Assembly: GCA_963762255.1 (NCBI GenBank)
Contig: CAVXKA010000002.1
Location: forward strand, 704,001 to 768,000
Reading direction: 5' to 3'
Origin: Candidatus Eiseniibacteriota bacterium
GTDB taxonomy: Bacteria > Eisenbacteria > RBG-16-71-46 > JABDJR01
DNA length: 64,000 nt
Below the pieces are notes generated by a model, which was not told the DNA's origin, did not search any database, and saw only the letters and a program-made list of their open reading frames with translations. Both the position numbers and the translations under genes were made by a program. This document shows, piece by piece, positions 1 to 11,213 of this stretch. The first letter of the stretch is position 1. Each line of letters begins with the position of its first letter.

Positions 1-2499
1 CGGTGCGCGCCAGGGCCTGCACCTGGGTCACCGCGTCCCCCAGCGCCACGCCGGGCTTCAGGTTGAAGGAGAGCGTCACCGAGGGAAGTTGCCCGAGGTG
101 GTTGATCGAGGCCGGCCCGAGCCCTTCGCGCAGGCTGGCGATCGTGCTCAGCGGCACCAGCGCGCCCGCCGACGACCGCACGTAGAGCAGGGAGAGCGCG
201 GCCGGGCTCATGCGGTACTCGGGCAGCAGCTCCAGGATCACCGAGTACTCGTTGTTGGGCGCGTAGATCGTGCTCACCTGACCGGAAGCGAACGCGTCGG
301 CAAGGCTCGACTCCACCTGCTGCACCGAGATCCCCAGCGCCGAAGCCCGATCCCGGTTGATGTCCACGTTGACCTCGGGGGTGCGGATTTGGAGGTCGCT
401 GGTCACGTCCTGCAGGCCGGGCAGGTCCTTCATCTTGTCCAGCATGGCCTGCGCGCGCGTCGTAGAGCTCGTCGGTGTCCGTCCCCTGCAGGGTGAACTG
501 GTAGGCGCTGCGACTGCTCTGGCCGCCGATGCTGATGGGGGGAGGGTTTTGCAGATAGACGCGCACGCCGGGTATGCGGGCAAGCTTGGGGCGAAGCTCC
601 TCGATGACCTGGTCGGCGCTGAGCTTCGCGCTCTTCCCGGGGCTTGAGCCGGATGAAGAGGTTTCCCTGGTTGGAGGCGCCGGACCCTCGGCCCCCCGCC
701 GAGGACATGAACGCGTCCACGTTCGGATCCGCGGCGACCACCTCCGCCACCGCCTTCTGGTGCTCCACCATGGAATCGAAGGAGGTCCCCTCCGCCGCCT
801 CGGTGGAGCCGGAGATCCGACTCGTGTCCTCGCTTGCCAGAAACCCCTTCGGGATGCGCTGCGAACAGGACCACCGTCAAGGCCAGGATCACCGCCGAGT
901 AGAGCATGGTGATGCGCCTGTGGCGGATCGACCACGACAGTCCCTTCTCGTAGACGTGGAGCATCCGGCCGAAGAAACGCTCCGAGAACGCGTAGACACG
1001 CCCATGGTGGGCTTGGGCCGAGGGCCGAAGGAAGCGGCTGGAGAGCATCGGGGTCAGCGAGAGCGAGACGAAGCCGGAGATGAGGATCGCGGCCGAGATG
1101 GTGATGGCGAACTCGTGGAAGAGCCGGCCGAGGATTCCCCCCATGAACAGGATCGGGATGAAGACCGCGGTCAGAGCCAGGGTCATCGAGAGGATCGTGA
1201 AGCCGATCTCGCGCGATCCGTTGAGGGCGGCCTCGTGGGGCGACTCCCCCATCTCCATGTGCCGGACGATGTTCTCGAGCATGACGATGGCGTCGTCCAC
1301 CACGAACCCGACCGAGAGGGTCAGCGCCATCAGCGAGAGGTTGTCCAGGCTGAACCCCATGAGAAAGAGAACGACGAAGGTGCCCACGATCGACATGGGG
1401 AGGGCCAGCGACGGGATCACCGTCGCCGAGATGTTGCGCAGGAAGAGGAAGATCACGAGCACGACCAGGATCAGCGTGAGGAGCAGGGTGCCTTTCACGT
1501 CCGCCACCGACGCGCGGATCGACTCCGAGCGGTCGAAGAGGATGTTCATCGTCACCGAGGCCGGGAGCTGCTCCTGGAAGGAGGGCAGCAGGGCCTTCAC
1601 CGCACTCGGCCACCGCCACCGTGTTGGTGCCGGGCTGCCGCTGGATGGCCAGGACGACCGCCCGCTGATCGATATACCAGGCCGCATTCTTGTCGTTCTG
1701 CACACTGTCGACGACCCGACCCAGTTCCTCGAGACGCACCGGCTGCCCGTCGCGATAGGCCACGATGATCGGCTTGTAGGCGTCGGCCTCCAGCAATTGT
1801 CCGTTGGCCTGGATGGTGAAGCTCTCATGCGGGCCGTCCAGAACTCCGGTGGGGAGGTTCACGTTGGCGGCGCTGATGGCGTCGGCCACCTCGTCGACGC
1901 CGATCCCTCGGCTGGCCAGCGCCTTGGGATCGAGCTGCACGCGCACCGCGTACTTCTGCGACCCGAACACCAGGACCTGAGCCACCCCGCTCACCATCGA
2001 GATCCGCTGCGCCAGCATCGTTTCGCCGTACTCGTCGAGGGTGTAGAGCGGGAGCGTGGGCGAGGTCAGGGCGATGAAGAGGATCGGCGAGTCGGCCGGG
2101 TTCACCTTGCGATACGAAGGGGGGCTCGGCATATCCGGGGGAAGCTGGCGCAGCGTGGCGGCGATCGCCGACTGCACGTCCTGGGCGGCGGCGTCGATAT
2201 CCCGGCTCAGGCTGAACTGCAGGGTGATCTGGGTCGAGCCCAGCGAGTTGGTGGAGGTCATCGACTCGAGACCGGCGATGGTCGAGAACTGGCGCTCGAG
2301 GGGGGTCGCCACCGAGGAGGCCATCGTCTCCGGGTTGGCGCCGGGGAGACTGGCCGAGACCTGCAGGGTCGGATAGTCGACATTCGGGCAGGTCGCTCAC
2401 CGGAAGCAGCCGGTAGCCCATGATGCCGAAGAGAAGAATGGCCAGCATGATCAGGGTGGTCATGACCGGCCGCCGGATGAAGATCTCGGCGATGTTCAT
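1..2499 (-). CDS. RND efflux permease (AcrB/MdtB/MdtC family); truncated by window edge, several frameshifts
   Basis: N-terminus MNIAEIFIRRPVMTTLIMLAILLFG; minus-strand pieces read GFVVDDAIVMLEN and AVFIPILFMGG; ATGA overlap with the adaptor stop. Frame breaks near 2385, 1825, 1610, 860, 630 and 455 (approximate). Confidence 0.9.
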
Positions 2500-3691
2500 G
2501 ATCCGGTGGCCTCCGCGGGAGCCGCCCCTGCCTTGATATCGACCTTGGCTCCCGGCACGAGACGAAGCTGGCCGTCGGTGACCACACGGTCGCCGGCCTG
2601 CACGCCGCGCTCCACCACCACGTCGCCGTCGGTCTCCATCCCCACCGTGACCGGCTGCACGGCCACGGTCAGATCGGGCTTGATCACGTAGACGAAGCTC
2701 CCCTGCTGGCTCTTCTGCACCGCCGCGCGCCGGAACCACCACCGCGCCTTTGCGTACGGTGAGGACCAGGGAGACGTCGACGAACTGCCCCGGCCAGAGG
2801 CTCTCGTCCGCATTGGGGAAGGTAGCCTTGAGCAGGATCATCCCGGTCGTCTCGTCCACCCGTTGTCGATGAAGGTCAGATCTCCGGCGACCACCTGCGC
2901 CGTGTCCCCCGAAGCGGAAGCCTCGACCCGCAGCGTCCCCGCGCGAGCGCGCGCGCGGATCTCGGGCAGCGAGCGGCTCGGGCACGCAGAAGCTGACGTA
3001 CACCGGCACGATTTGCTGGATCACCACCAGCGGGTTGGCGTCGTTGGCGCTCGACCAGATTCCCCGGGTGGACGAGGAGGTTCCCGGTGCGCCCGGAGAT
3101 GGGGGCGCGGATCGAGCAGAAGCTCAGGTTGAGCCGCGCGTTGCGGCACGCGGCGGCGTCGGCGTCGAGGGTGGCATGCAAGGCCGCGGCGTCGGACTTC
3201 ACCTGATCGAACTGGTCCTTGGTGACGTAGTCCTTGTCCACCAGCTCGGCGTAGCGCTGTTGCTGGGCGTCGGCACCGGCGGAGAGGGCGCTGTCCCTGG
3301 CGGAGTCGGCCAGCGCCGACTGCAGCGCGATCTCGTAGGGGCGGCGGTCGATCGTAACGAGCAGCTCACCCTTGCGGACGTTATCACCCTCCCGAAATTC
3401 GACCCGGGTCAGCTCTCCCCCCACCCGCGGGCGCACGTTGACCGTGTTGTACGCCTCCACCGTGCCGATCGCCTTGAGCGTGACCGGGACATCCTTGAGG
3501 ACGGCCTCACCGGCGGTCACCGGTACCGGCCCCACGACAGGCCGGCCCTTCCTGCCGGCTTCTCTCGTGCACCCGGCGAGCGGCCCGAGCGCGACGAGCG
3601 CTATCGAACCGGCGATGAGACACAGGGCCGGGCGCCCGAGAGTCCGCCGTGCAAGCGCGAGGGCCTCGGGCACGGAACGACGGTCGATCAT
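2496..3691 (-). CDS. RND periplasmic adaptor (MdtA-like membrane fusion protein), frameshifted
   Basis: ORFs 2876-3691, part of 1825-3027 and 2496-2813 join: GTVEAYNTVNVRPRVGGEL, IRAPISGRTG, LWPGQFVDV, GDRVVTDGQLRL. Confidence 0.9.
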
Positions 3692-5187
3692 GGCTTGCCT
3701 TCCTTCCGCGTGCCCTCGGCGGCGCCCTCTCCCGGAACCGCAATCGAGGGTCCAAGCGCCCCGGTGTCGTGCGCGAGCTGCGCGAGCGAGATATACCAGT
3801 CAGCGCGGGCCTGCACTTGCAACCCGCGGGCCTGTTCGAGCGCCGCTTGAGCGGCGAGGAGGTCCAGGATCGTGCCGACACCGGCCTGGTAGCGTCCCCG
3901 AGCCACGTCATGGGACGCGGTGGCGCTTTGCAGGAGATCCTCGATCGACTTGAGCCGCTGCTGGGCGGTCTTGAATCCGTAGTAGCTGGTCCAGACCTGC
4001 AGCGTCACCGCTTGCTCGAGGCTCTGCAGCCGCGCCCGTGCGAGGTCGGCTTCGGCCCTGGATCGCCGGACATCGTAGTGATGCGAGAAACCGGTAAAGA
4101 GGGGCATGCGCAACTGCAAGACGGCGGAGAAGGTATTGTTGAAGCCGCTGCTCGCGTCCGGGTAGAAGCGCCCGAGGCTTCCCGTGGCGGAGAGGGTCGG
4201 ATAGCCCTGCGCCTTCACCGTTCCCACGTGGGCCTCGGCCTCGCGCATCTGCGCGCGCGCCGCGGCGAGGTCCGGCCGATTCGCCTTGGCCTCATCGAGA
4301 TAGCGATCGACGTCCTGGGAGGTCTGATCGAGCGGCGGCTCCATACTCGACGCGTCCACGTCGAACGGCGTGTTCGCGGGGAGCCCCATCGAGGTCGCGA
4401 GCGCTCCGCGCGTCACCGCGATCCGGCCGCGCAGCGTCTCCACCGAGAGTCCCACCTGGGAGAGCGCGGTTTGGGCTTGCAGCACATCGGCGATGGTGGC
4501 CAAGCCCGCCTTGTGGCGATCCTGTGCCGCGTCCAGACTGGCCTTCGCCTCCGCCTGCGTGGACTCCTCGGCCGCGAGCAGGGCTCTGGCGGTGACGTAC
4601 TCGTAGTAGGCCTGCTCGACCTGCAGCACGACATTCTGGATGACCGCGTTGTGCGTCCAGTCGGCGGCCAGCAGTGCTTGACGCGTCTCCTCCACCGCCG
4701 CGTGCCGTCCGCCGAAGTTGAAGAGCATCCAGGTGACGTCGGCGGTCCCCGCGACCCAGCGTTGAATCGCAGCGGTACGGCCGGCGCCCGGCACGCCCTT
4801 CTGGACGGTTCGGTTGGCGGAGACGTTCGCCTGGGGGTAGTAGGAACCGCGCTCGCTGCCGTAGGCGGCGGCGGCGGACCGCGCCGAGGCCCATGCCGCG
4901 CGGGTCTGGGAGCTCGTGCGCAGCGCGACATCAACGATCTCGGCCAGCCCCCAACTTGCGCTGGTTGCGGCGAGATCCGGAGGGATCGATGGCGGCGGCG
5001 CGGGCTGCAAGGGTTGCGCCAGTACCTCTGCCGGAGGCGTCCACGGCGTCTCCGGCGCGGGGGCGACCGCGGGCCCGCCGTAGAGAGATGTCTGCGAGCA
5101 GCCGATCAGCCCGATCGCCAGGGCCGCCGCCAGCGCGGTCAGGATCCCGTATCTGTTCGTCGCTGCGTGTTTCGTGTCTTCGACCAT
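3688..5187 (-). CDS. TolC-family outer membrane efflux protein (lipoprotein)
   Basis: Lipobox LIGC; two OEP-like repeats (GLATIADVLQAQ, YQAGVGTILDLLAAQ); first gene of the RND operon. Confidence 0.9.
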   Translation of the reverse strand: MVEDTKHAATNRYGILTALAAALAIGLIGCSQTSLYGGPAVAPAPETPWTPPAEVLAQPLQPAPPPSIPPDLAATSASWGLAEIVDVALRTSSQTRAAWASARSAAAAYGSERGSYYPQANVSANRTVQKGVPGAGRTAAIQRWVAGTADVTWMLFNFGGRHAAVEETRQALLAADWTHNAVIQNVVLQVEQAYYEYVTARALLAAEESTQAEAKASLDAAQDRHKAGLATIADVLQAQTALSQVGLSVETLRGRIAVTRGALATSMGLPANTPFDVDASSMEPPLDQTSQDVDRYLDEAKANRPDLAAARAQMREAEAHVGTVKAQGYPTLSATGSLGRFYPDASSGFNNTFSAVLQLRMPLFTGFSHHYDVRRSRAEADLARARLQSLEQAVTLQVWTSYYGFKTAQQRLKSIEDLLQSATASHDVARGRYQAGVGTILDLLAAQAALEQARGLQVQARADWYISLAQLAHDTGALGPSIAVPGEGAAEGTRKEGKP

Positions 5188-5440
5188 GGGAGCCTCGCAG
5201 GGGTCAAGAGCGGAGATTCTACTTCCAATCCCGGCCTCCGGTCCTTACTTCCGTGTTCCGGGATGGGCCCCCGGCTCAGTCCTAGACGGCCCATCCCGCC
5301 CGATGCTAAGGTTCTCCGCAATACTTCAACGATCTCGGTAAGTGCATTGACGGCTCGCGAGCCTCTGCCAGCCCGCCCGCCGCCCGTTTCGGACCGATAC
5401 CGACGCCAGGGCGCTACCCGAAAACCAGAGGCTCAAATCC

Positions 5441-7069
5441 ATGCGCAGTCCGCACATCCTGATGATCTATCCCCGTTTCAACCCCGATTCCTTCTGGAAC
5501 TATCAGGCCACCTGCGAAGTGGCCGGCGCACGGTACTCGGCGGCGCCGCTCGGCCTCATCACCGTCGCCGCCATGCTCCCTCCCGATTGGGAGGTGCGCC
5601 TCGTGAACCGGAATACGGAGGAGTTGAGCCCGTCCGACCTCGCGTGGGCGGACATGGTCATGACCGGCGGCATGCTTCCCCAACAAGGGGACACGCTTCA
5701 CGTGATCGCGCTCGCCCACGAGGCGGGCAAACCGGTCGTGGTGGGAGGCACCGATGTCTCCTCCAGCCCCCATGTTTACGACGACGCGGAGTTCCGCGTC
5801 GTCGGAGAGGCGGAGGGGATCCTCGACCAGCTCATCGCCGCGTGGCAACGCGGCGATTCTGGCGGCACCTTCAAAGCGGAGGAATTCCCGGACGTCACCA
5901 CCTCGCCGGTGCCCCGCTTCGACCTTCTCAAGTTCGAGCACTACATGCACGTGGGCGTCCAGGTCACACGCGGCTGCCCCTTCACCTGCGAGTTCTGCAA
6001 CGTGATCGAGCTGAACGGCCGCACGCCGCGGGTCAAGACCACCGAGCAGGTGCTGCGCGAGCTGACCGCGCTCTATGACCTCGGCTACCGCGGGCACGTC
6101 GATTTCGTGGACGACAATCTGATCGGCAACCGCCGAGTGATCAAGCCGATCCTCAAAGAGCTCGCCGTCTGGCTCGAGCGGCACAACTACCCCTTCGAGT
6201 TCTCCACCGAAGCGAGCATGAACCTCGCCGACGACGACGAGCTTCTCGTGCTCATGAAGCGTGCGAACTTCTTCGCCGTGTTCGTGGGAATCGAGACCCC
6301 GGATACCGCCGCACTCCTGGGGGCGGGCAAGCGACAGAACACCCGACGGGACATCGTGGAAAGCATCCGCAAGATCTACGGCGCCGGCATCTTCGTGAAC
6401 GCCGGGTTCATCATCGGCTTCGACGCCGAGAAGGACCGGATGGCCGAGCCGATGATCGCCTGCATCGAGGACGCCGCGATCCCGATCGCCATGGTGGGCC
6501 TACTCTATGCGCTCCCCAACACGCAGCTCTGGCGCCGTCTGGCAGCGGAAGGTCGGCTTCACGCCAACTCGGATCGAGTGCAGGGGGTGACCGTCGCCGA
6601 CCAGTGCACGTCGGGGCTCAACTTCGACACGATCCGCCCGCGTCAGGACATGATCGACGACTATCGGACTGTCTTGCGAAGGATCTACGAACCGCGGGCC
6701 TTCTTCGGTCGGGCCGCCCGGGTGACCCGGTTGCTGGACGTATCCGGGCATCGCGTGAACCGCCCACTGCGCGCCATGCTCCGCGACCTGCGCTCCTTCG
6801 CCCGCATCACGTGGCGCACCGGGGTTCTCGACCGCCGCAGCCGCGCTTCCTACTGGCGTGCGGTCGGCGATTGCCTCCTGCACAATCCGCGCGCGGCGCG
6901 GATCATGGTGTCCTTCGCGGCGCTCTACCTGCACTTCGGGCCGTACTCGCGCTTCCTCGATGCCCGTATGGCGGCGGAGATCGAGGGAGTGGCCGTCACT
7001 TCCCATCCGCAGCTTCGCACCGCCGGATCGCTTGCCGCAGTGAAGGGGCCGCTTCCCGCCAACGGGTAG
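5441..7069 (+). CDS. B12-binding radical SAM protein
   Basis: N-terminal PLGLITVAAMLP cobalamin-binding region; RGCPFTCEFC CxxxCxxC motif; FVDDN; FVGIETP. Confidence 0.9.
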   Translation: MRSPHILMIYPRFNPDSFWNYQATCEVAGARYSAAPLGLITVAAMLPPDWEVRLVNRNTEELSPSDLAWADMVMTGGMLPQQGDTLHVIALAHEAGKPVVVGGTDVSSSPHVYDDAEFRVVGEAEGILDQLIAAWQRGDSGGTFKAEEFPDVTTSPVPRFDLLKFEHYMHVGVQVTRGCPFTCEFCNVIELNGRTPRVKTTEQVLRELTALYDLGYRGHVDFVDDNLIGNRRVIKPILKELAVWLERHNYPFEFSTEASMNLADDDELLVLMKRANFFAVFVGIETPDTAALLGAGKRQNTRRDIVESIRKIYGAGIFVNAGFIIGFDAEKDRMAEPMIACIEDAAIPIAMVGLLYALPNTQLWRRLAAEGRLHANSDRVQGVTVADQCTSGLNFDTIRPRQDMIDDYRTVLRRIYEPRAFFGRAARVTRLLDVSGHRVNRPLRAMLRDLRSFARITWRTGVLDRRSRASYWRAVGDCLLHNPRAARIMVSFAALYLHFGPYSRFLDARMAAEIEGVAVTSHPQLRTAGSLAAVKGPLPANG

Positions 7070-8846
7070 CGTCGGCGCGAAAGAGTTCGGCCAACCGTAG
7101 GCCTCCGGCCGTCGCCTCGTCGAGGTGAGCGGCGGCGGCATCGTCCCCCGACTCCGCACGGATCGCGATCACGGAGAAGTACCAGCCGAGCGCGTGGTCC
7201 GGTTCGAGCCGGCAGGCTTCCTCGAAGTTCCGGCGCGCCTCGGCGGGGTCCCCCGTCTCGAGCCCGATCCGCCCCAGCATGCGGTATGCGGCGGCGTCCG
7301 AGGGGTCCATATCCAAGACGCGATGGAAGGCGTCGCGCGCCTCAGCGTACTCGCCGAGTTGAGTGAGCGCGGTGCCCAGGTTCAGCCAGTCCTGCGACTT
7401 CGCGAAGGGGCTCGCCACGATCCGCCGCAGGATGGCCGCAGCACGAACATGGTCGCCGTCCTGGATGGCGAGAACGCCCACCGCGGCGATCTCCGCGCGC
7501 TCGGCGGCGGATCCCGGCGTGAGGTCATCGACGCGACTGTGCGCGAGGAGCGCCCGCGCCTGCTCGGTCTTGCCCGTGCGCAAGAGTTCCGAGATCAGGA
7601 AGTGCCGCACCACCGAGGCGTCGGGATTCGCGCGCAGCGCCGAACGGAAGAGTGTCTCGCTGTCCCGCCAGTCCCCCGAACGCTGGATGGAGACGGTGGT
7701 GAGAGCGGTGATGGGAAGCACGGCGAGCGCGGTCAGGGCCCACGCCGGCCGGTGCAGGCCGAGTCGTCTGCCCAGCGCTTGCGCGCCGGCGGCGGCAAGA
7801 ACGGCCAGCCCGAGAAGAGGAAGGTAGACGAAGCGCTCGGCGAAGACGAAGTAGGACGCGATGAGGTTGAGCGACGGAATCAGGGCAAGGTAGAACCACA
7901 CGAGACCGAAGCGCGCCCCGCGCGAGCGCGTGCGCCAGAGCAGCAGCGCCGCGATCGCTTGCAGGGCGACCGAGATCCAGAGCCTTGCCGAGCCGAGCCC
8001 GGCCGCAGCCAGATCGGTGTGGTCGATGGTGAGAGGGTACGGCCATACGAAGAGCTTCATGTGGAGCGGGATCCAGGCTACCGAGCTGGGGAAGAGCCAG
8101 CCGAGACCGGATCCGGGCGGGGGCACATCCCCCGCCGCGGCGAGAAGGCGGCCGCGCAACAGCAGGAAGAGCGCGCCCATCACCGCCATGGTCGCTAGAA
8201 CTCTCCACGGCGCCTCGGTACGTTCTGCGCGCTTGCGCGCGCCCGCCCGGTCCAACACCCACAGCGCCCCGAGCAAGATCGGCAGCACCAGCACGCTTTC
8301 CTTGGTGAGCAACCCGAGTCCGAACGGCGCGAGGAGCCACCAGAGCCGCCCCCGCCGCCCGTTCCCGCGCGCGATGGCGAGAAACGTGAGCGACACGGCA
8401 AGAACGAGAATCGCGGCGAGCAAATCATCCTGCGCCTTGATGGAAGCCACGACCTCAGTCTGCAGCGGATGGCAGGCGAAGAGCGCTCCCGCCGCGAGCG
8501 CGGGGGCGGGATCGAGATAGCGCCGCACCAGCAGCCACGCGAGGAGCGTTGCGACGGCGTGGAGAAGCAGGTTCACCGCATGATAGGGCCACGGAGTGTC
8601 GCCGAACGCGCGGTGCTCGGCCATGAACGCAAGCGTGCGGACGGGGCGGTACGCCCGCACGTTGTCCCCCACGCCGTGCGTGGCGGGCTCGGTGAGAACG
8701 GTGAGCAACGGCGCGCCGGCGCGCACCGAGGGGTTCTCGACCAGGACCGCGACGTCGTCGTAGGCGAAGCCGTTGCCCAGCGTGCGGCCGAAGGCGATGA
8801 GCACGAGCAGCACGAGAAGGAGCGCGGACCCGAGGTCTCGCTTCAT
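6996..8846 (-). CDS. TMTC-like GT-C membrane glycosyltransferase with C-terminal TPRs
   Basis: FAYDD, YRPVRTL, HAVNLLLH, LFACHPLQTEVV, AERFVYLP and WRDSETLF motifs followed by TPR helices. Confidence 0.8.
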   Translation of the reverse strand: MKRDLGSALLLVLLVLIAFGRTLGNGFAYDDVAVLVENPSVRAGAPLLTVLTEPATHGVGDNVRAYRPVRTLAFMAEHRAFGDTPWPYHAVNLLLHAVATLLAWLLVRRYLDPAPALAAGALFACHPLQTEVVASIKAQDDLLAAILVLAVSLTFLAIARGNGRRGRLWWLLAPFGLGLLTKESVLVLPILLGALWVLDRAGARKRAERTEAPWRVLATMAVMGALFLLLRGRLLAAAGDVPPPGSGLGWLFPSSVAWIPLHMKLFVWPYPLTIDHTDLAAAGLGSARLWISVALQAIAALLLWRTRSRGARFGLVWFYLALIPSLNLIASYFVFAERFVYLPLLGLAVLAAAGAQALGRRLGLHRPAWALTALAVLPITALTTVSIQRSGDWRDSETLFRSALRANPDASVVRHFLISELLRTGKTEQARALLAHSRVDDLTPGSAAERAEIAAVGVLAIQDGDHVRAAAILRRIVASPFAKSQDWLNLGTALTQLGEYAEARDAFHRVLDMDPSDAAAYRMLGRIGLETGDPAEARRNFEEACRLEPDHALGWYFSVIAIRAESGDDAAAAHLDEATAGGLRLAELFRADATRWREAAPSLRQAIRRCEAADGK

Positions 8847-10624
8847 CGCGGGTACACGATGGCAGGAGAGAGCACGCTGGCCTGTCCCAGCCCGAAGAAC
8901 CCGGTGGCGACGAGCGCGAAACCGCCCTCGGGTTCTGCCGGATCCCCGAGGATGCCGAAGGGGAGACCGTTCTTCGCGTAGGCCAGGCGCGCGAAGGCGA
9001 GCGATACCAGCGGCTTCACGCGTTCATCCGCGTCCGGGATCGACGCGTACTGGGCCAGCAGGTAGAGGACGCCGGCACGCTTCGAGGACTCCCACGCGTT
9101 TTCCGGGGCCCACCATGTCGGATCCTCAAGCCACAGGTGCAACCCCTTGGGCCCGAGAAGGTATAGCGTCAGCGTCTCGCGGAGGATTCGCTGCACGTCC
9201 GGGTTTCCATAGCGACAGACCCAGAGCATGCCTTCGATAAGGTAGAAGTGGTCGCCAAGCACGCCCGATGGGGTGACATTGCCTCCCTCTCGATCGTGGG
9301 AGTGGAAGAGAATCTCACCGCTCGCTTCCAAGCTTACCGCGAGGAAGATCGCCGCCCGCTCCGCCGCGCGCAGGTAGATCGTATCGCCGGTCGCGCCGTA
9401 GAGCGCGGCGAGGTTCGTGGCCTGCACTCCGGTCGCGACGCTGTACGGGGTCGTGAACGTCTTGCCTTCGTACTGGAGGTTCGGAAACGCGCCGTTCGGA
9501 AGTTGGTTCGGAAGCACGATGGCGTCGGCGTACCGGCGAGCGGCGGCAAGGTAGCGCGTCCGGCGTTCCTCGTCGGCAGCGGGGGCGGCCACCGCGAGGC
9601 AAAGTGCCATCGAACCCACGTCGGCGAGGTTGGCGCTTCGGTTGGCAGTCACGACGATCGCCGAATCGGGCGGACACCCGAGGCGGCCGAAGTACTGTGA
9701 TCGCCAGGTGCCATCCGCCTCCTGATCCTCTGTGAACTGGTCGAGGCAGGCGAACGCGGATTCCCGGTACTCGTCCTCGTGGAGCAGGGCGGCACCGGCG
9801 AGAATGGTGCGGAGAGCGAACGAGTTCTCGTACCAGTTCCCACTGTAGGTGAAGCACCCCGCGGCGGGACGCTGCGCCATCAGATACCTGCACGCCCGGC
9901 GCAACACCGCGCGCGCGAGATTCGAAGAAGGGGCGGGGAGGTCTTGCGGATCGGCGGACAGCGCCTGCGGGCCGAGCCGCGGGGGATCCGCCACGGGTCT
10001 CCAGATCGGCGTGGTGCCGGAGTCTGGACGGGCTTCGTACAGGGTGAGACCGTTGGCCGCGAACGTGTCGCAATCCCGAGTGACGAGACGGACCCGCAGC
10101 CGCCCGTCCGCCGACGCGAACGAGAACGGCACATCCACGAACTCCCCCGGGCGGGTCGCGACACGGCCGATCACCTGGGTTCCGTTCACGATGACGTCCA
10201 CCGGCCCCTGCGGCCGGGTGAGGTCACCGAGAGTGAGGGTTGCCTTGTACGCGATCAGCGTGTCGACGCGCATCTCGAAGGTGGCATCGACACCGCGCAC
10301 GAGGTCGCCGAGGAAGGAGTCGCGTGTGCCCGCTCGGTCCTCGCGGCGTACGATGCCCCCCAACCATGCCGCGCCGCGGATCGGGTGCGATCGGTCAAAG
10401 ACCCAGGATCTCGGGGCGGGGCGCGTGACCGGGCCGAAGTCGATCCTCGCTACGCGCGGCCATCCATCCATTTCGGGTGGATCCCCCTGATAGGGGCGCA
10501 CCCTGGCGGGGGCGACGAAGGGGGCACTTCCGGCACGGGCCGGCGATCCTGGACTCACCGTCCCGTTGAGGAGGATCAGCACGCTCACCAGGCTCAACGC
10601 GAGAGGCCGCCGCCCGTCCATCAC
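8843..10624 (-). CDS. Secreted hypothetical protein (beta-sandwich plus probable alpha/alpha barrel)
   Basis: Signal peptide; repeated QxxxGxF/W motifs (QEADGTW, QLPNGAF); ATGA-coupled to the GT-C gene. Confidence 0.55.
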   Translation of the reverse strand: MMDGRRPLALSLVSVLILLNGTVSPGSPARAGSAPFVAPARVRPYQGDPPEMDGWPRVARIDFGPVTRPAPRSWVFDRSHPIRGAAWLGGIVRREDRAGTRDSFLGDLVRGVDATFEMRVDTLIAYKATLTLGDLTRPQGPVDVIVNGTQVIGRVATRPGEFVDVPFSFASADGRLRVRLVTRDCDTFAANGLTLYEARPDSGTTPIWRPVADPPRLGPQALSADPQDLPAPSSNLARAVLRRACRYLMAQRPAAGCFTYSGNWYENSFALRTILAGAALLHEDEYRESAFACLDQFTEDQEADGTWRSQYFGRLGCPPDSAIVVTANRSANLADVGSMALCLAVAAPAADEERRTRYLAAARRYADAIVLPNQLPNGAFPNLQYEGKTFTTPYSVATGVQATNLAALYGATGDTIYLRAAERAAIFLAVSLEASGEILFHSHDREGGNVTPSGVLGDHFYLIEGMLWVCRYGNPDVQRILRETLTLYLLGPKGLHLWLEDPTWWAPENAWESSKRAGVLYLLAQYASIPDADERVKPLVSLAFARLAYAKNGLPFGILGDPAEPEGGFALVATGFFGLGQASVLSPAIVYPR

Positions 10625-10626
10625 CC

Positions 10627-11067
10627 CTACTTCGGCGCGTTTTCGGCGAAGAGCCGGCGCACCCGTCGCTCGCAGGATTGTCCGTCAGGGGACCGCAGCG
10701 CGCACGCGGCTTCCCCGCTTCGGATGTGCGCGATGATGCGCAACACGGTGTCGCGGACGCCCGCTCGCGACTCGGCGGCGACGGCGTCCGCGACCACCCC
10801 GAGACAGGTGCACACCGGAGCGTCCGCGGATTTCGGGAAGGCGGGAGAGACCAGCGCCTCCGCCGGCACCGTGGTGCTCCATGCGTCGAAGTAGCCGACC
10901 GGGCAGGCCGCGGTCCAGCAGAAGTGGGCGTCACTCGTGAACGCGCGCGCGCGTTCTTCGCCGATCTGCGCCACGAGGGTCTCCCGCTCCACCCGAACCC
11001 CCCGCGCGCCGCACTTCGGGCAGGTGGGTGCCGGCGCCTCGGGATCCTTCATGAAAGCCTTGTTCAT
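10627..11067 (-). CDS. Cys-rich metal-binding protein (CopZ N-terminal Zn/[2Fe-2S], BFD-like)
   Basis: CPKC, HFCWTAAC.VGYF, VCTCLGV and CALRSPDGQSC pattern; start taken at MNKAFMK. Confidence 0.65.
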   Translation of the reverse strand: MNKAFMKDPEAPAPTCPKCGARGVRVERETLVAQIGEERARAFTSDAHFCWTAACPVGYFDAWSTTVPAEALVSPAFPKSADAPVCTCLGVVADAVAAESRAGVRDTVLRIIAHIRSGEAACALRSPDGQSCERRVRRLFAENAPK

Positions 11068-11213
11068 CGCACGAGCCCTCGTACCCGCCTCGCCCATCCG
11101 CGCGGGCGAGGAAGATAGCGCGGGGGCCAACCCGTCGCAACCGACGGCCGCCACGCAGGCGTCCATCGTGTAAGCTGGTTGCCACTTCAACCCGGAGAGA
11201 GACCCACGGCGCC

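Noticed and set aside
3649-6078. 809 aa plus-strand ORF and similar long ORFs (e.g. 32982-34847, 53405-55534, 37218-38831)
   Set aside because: Antisense or off-frame shadows of well-supported genes in GC-rich DNA; Arg/Gly-rich with no motifs.
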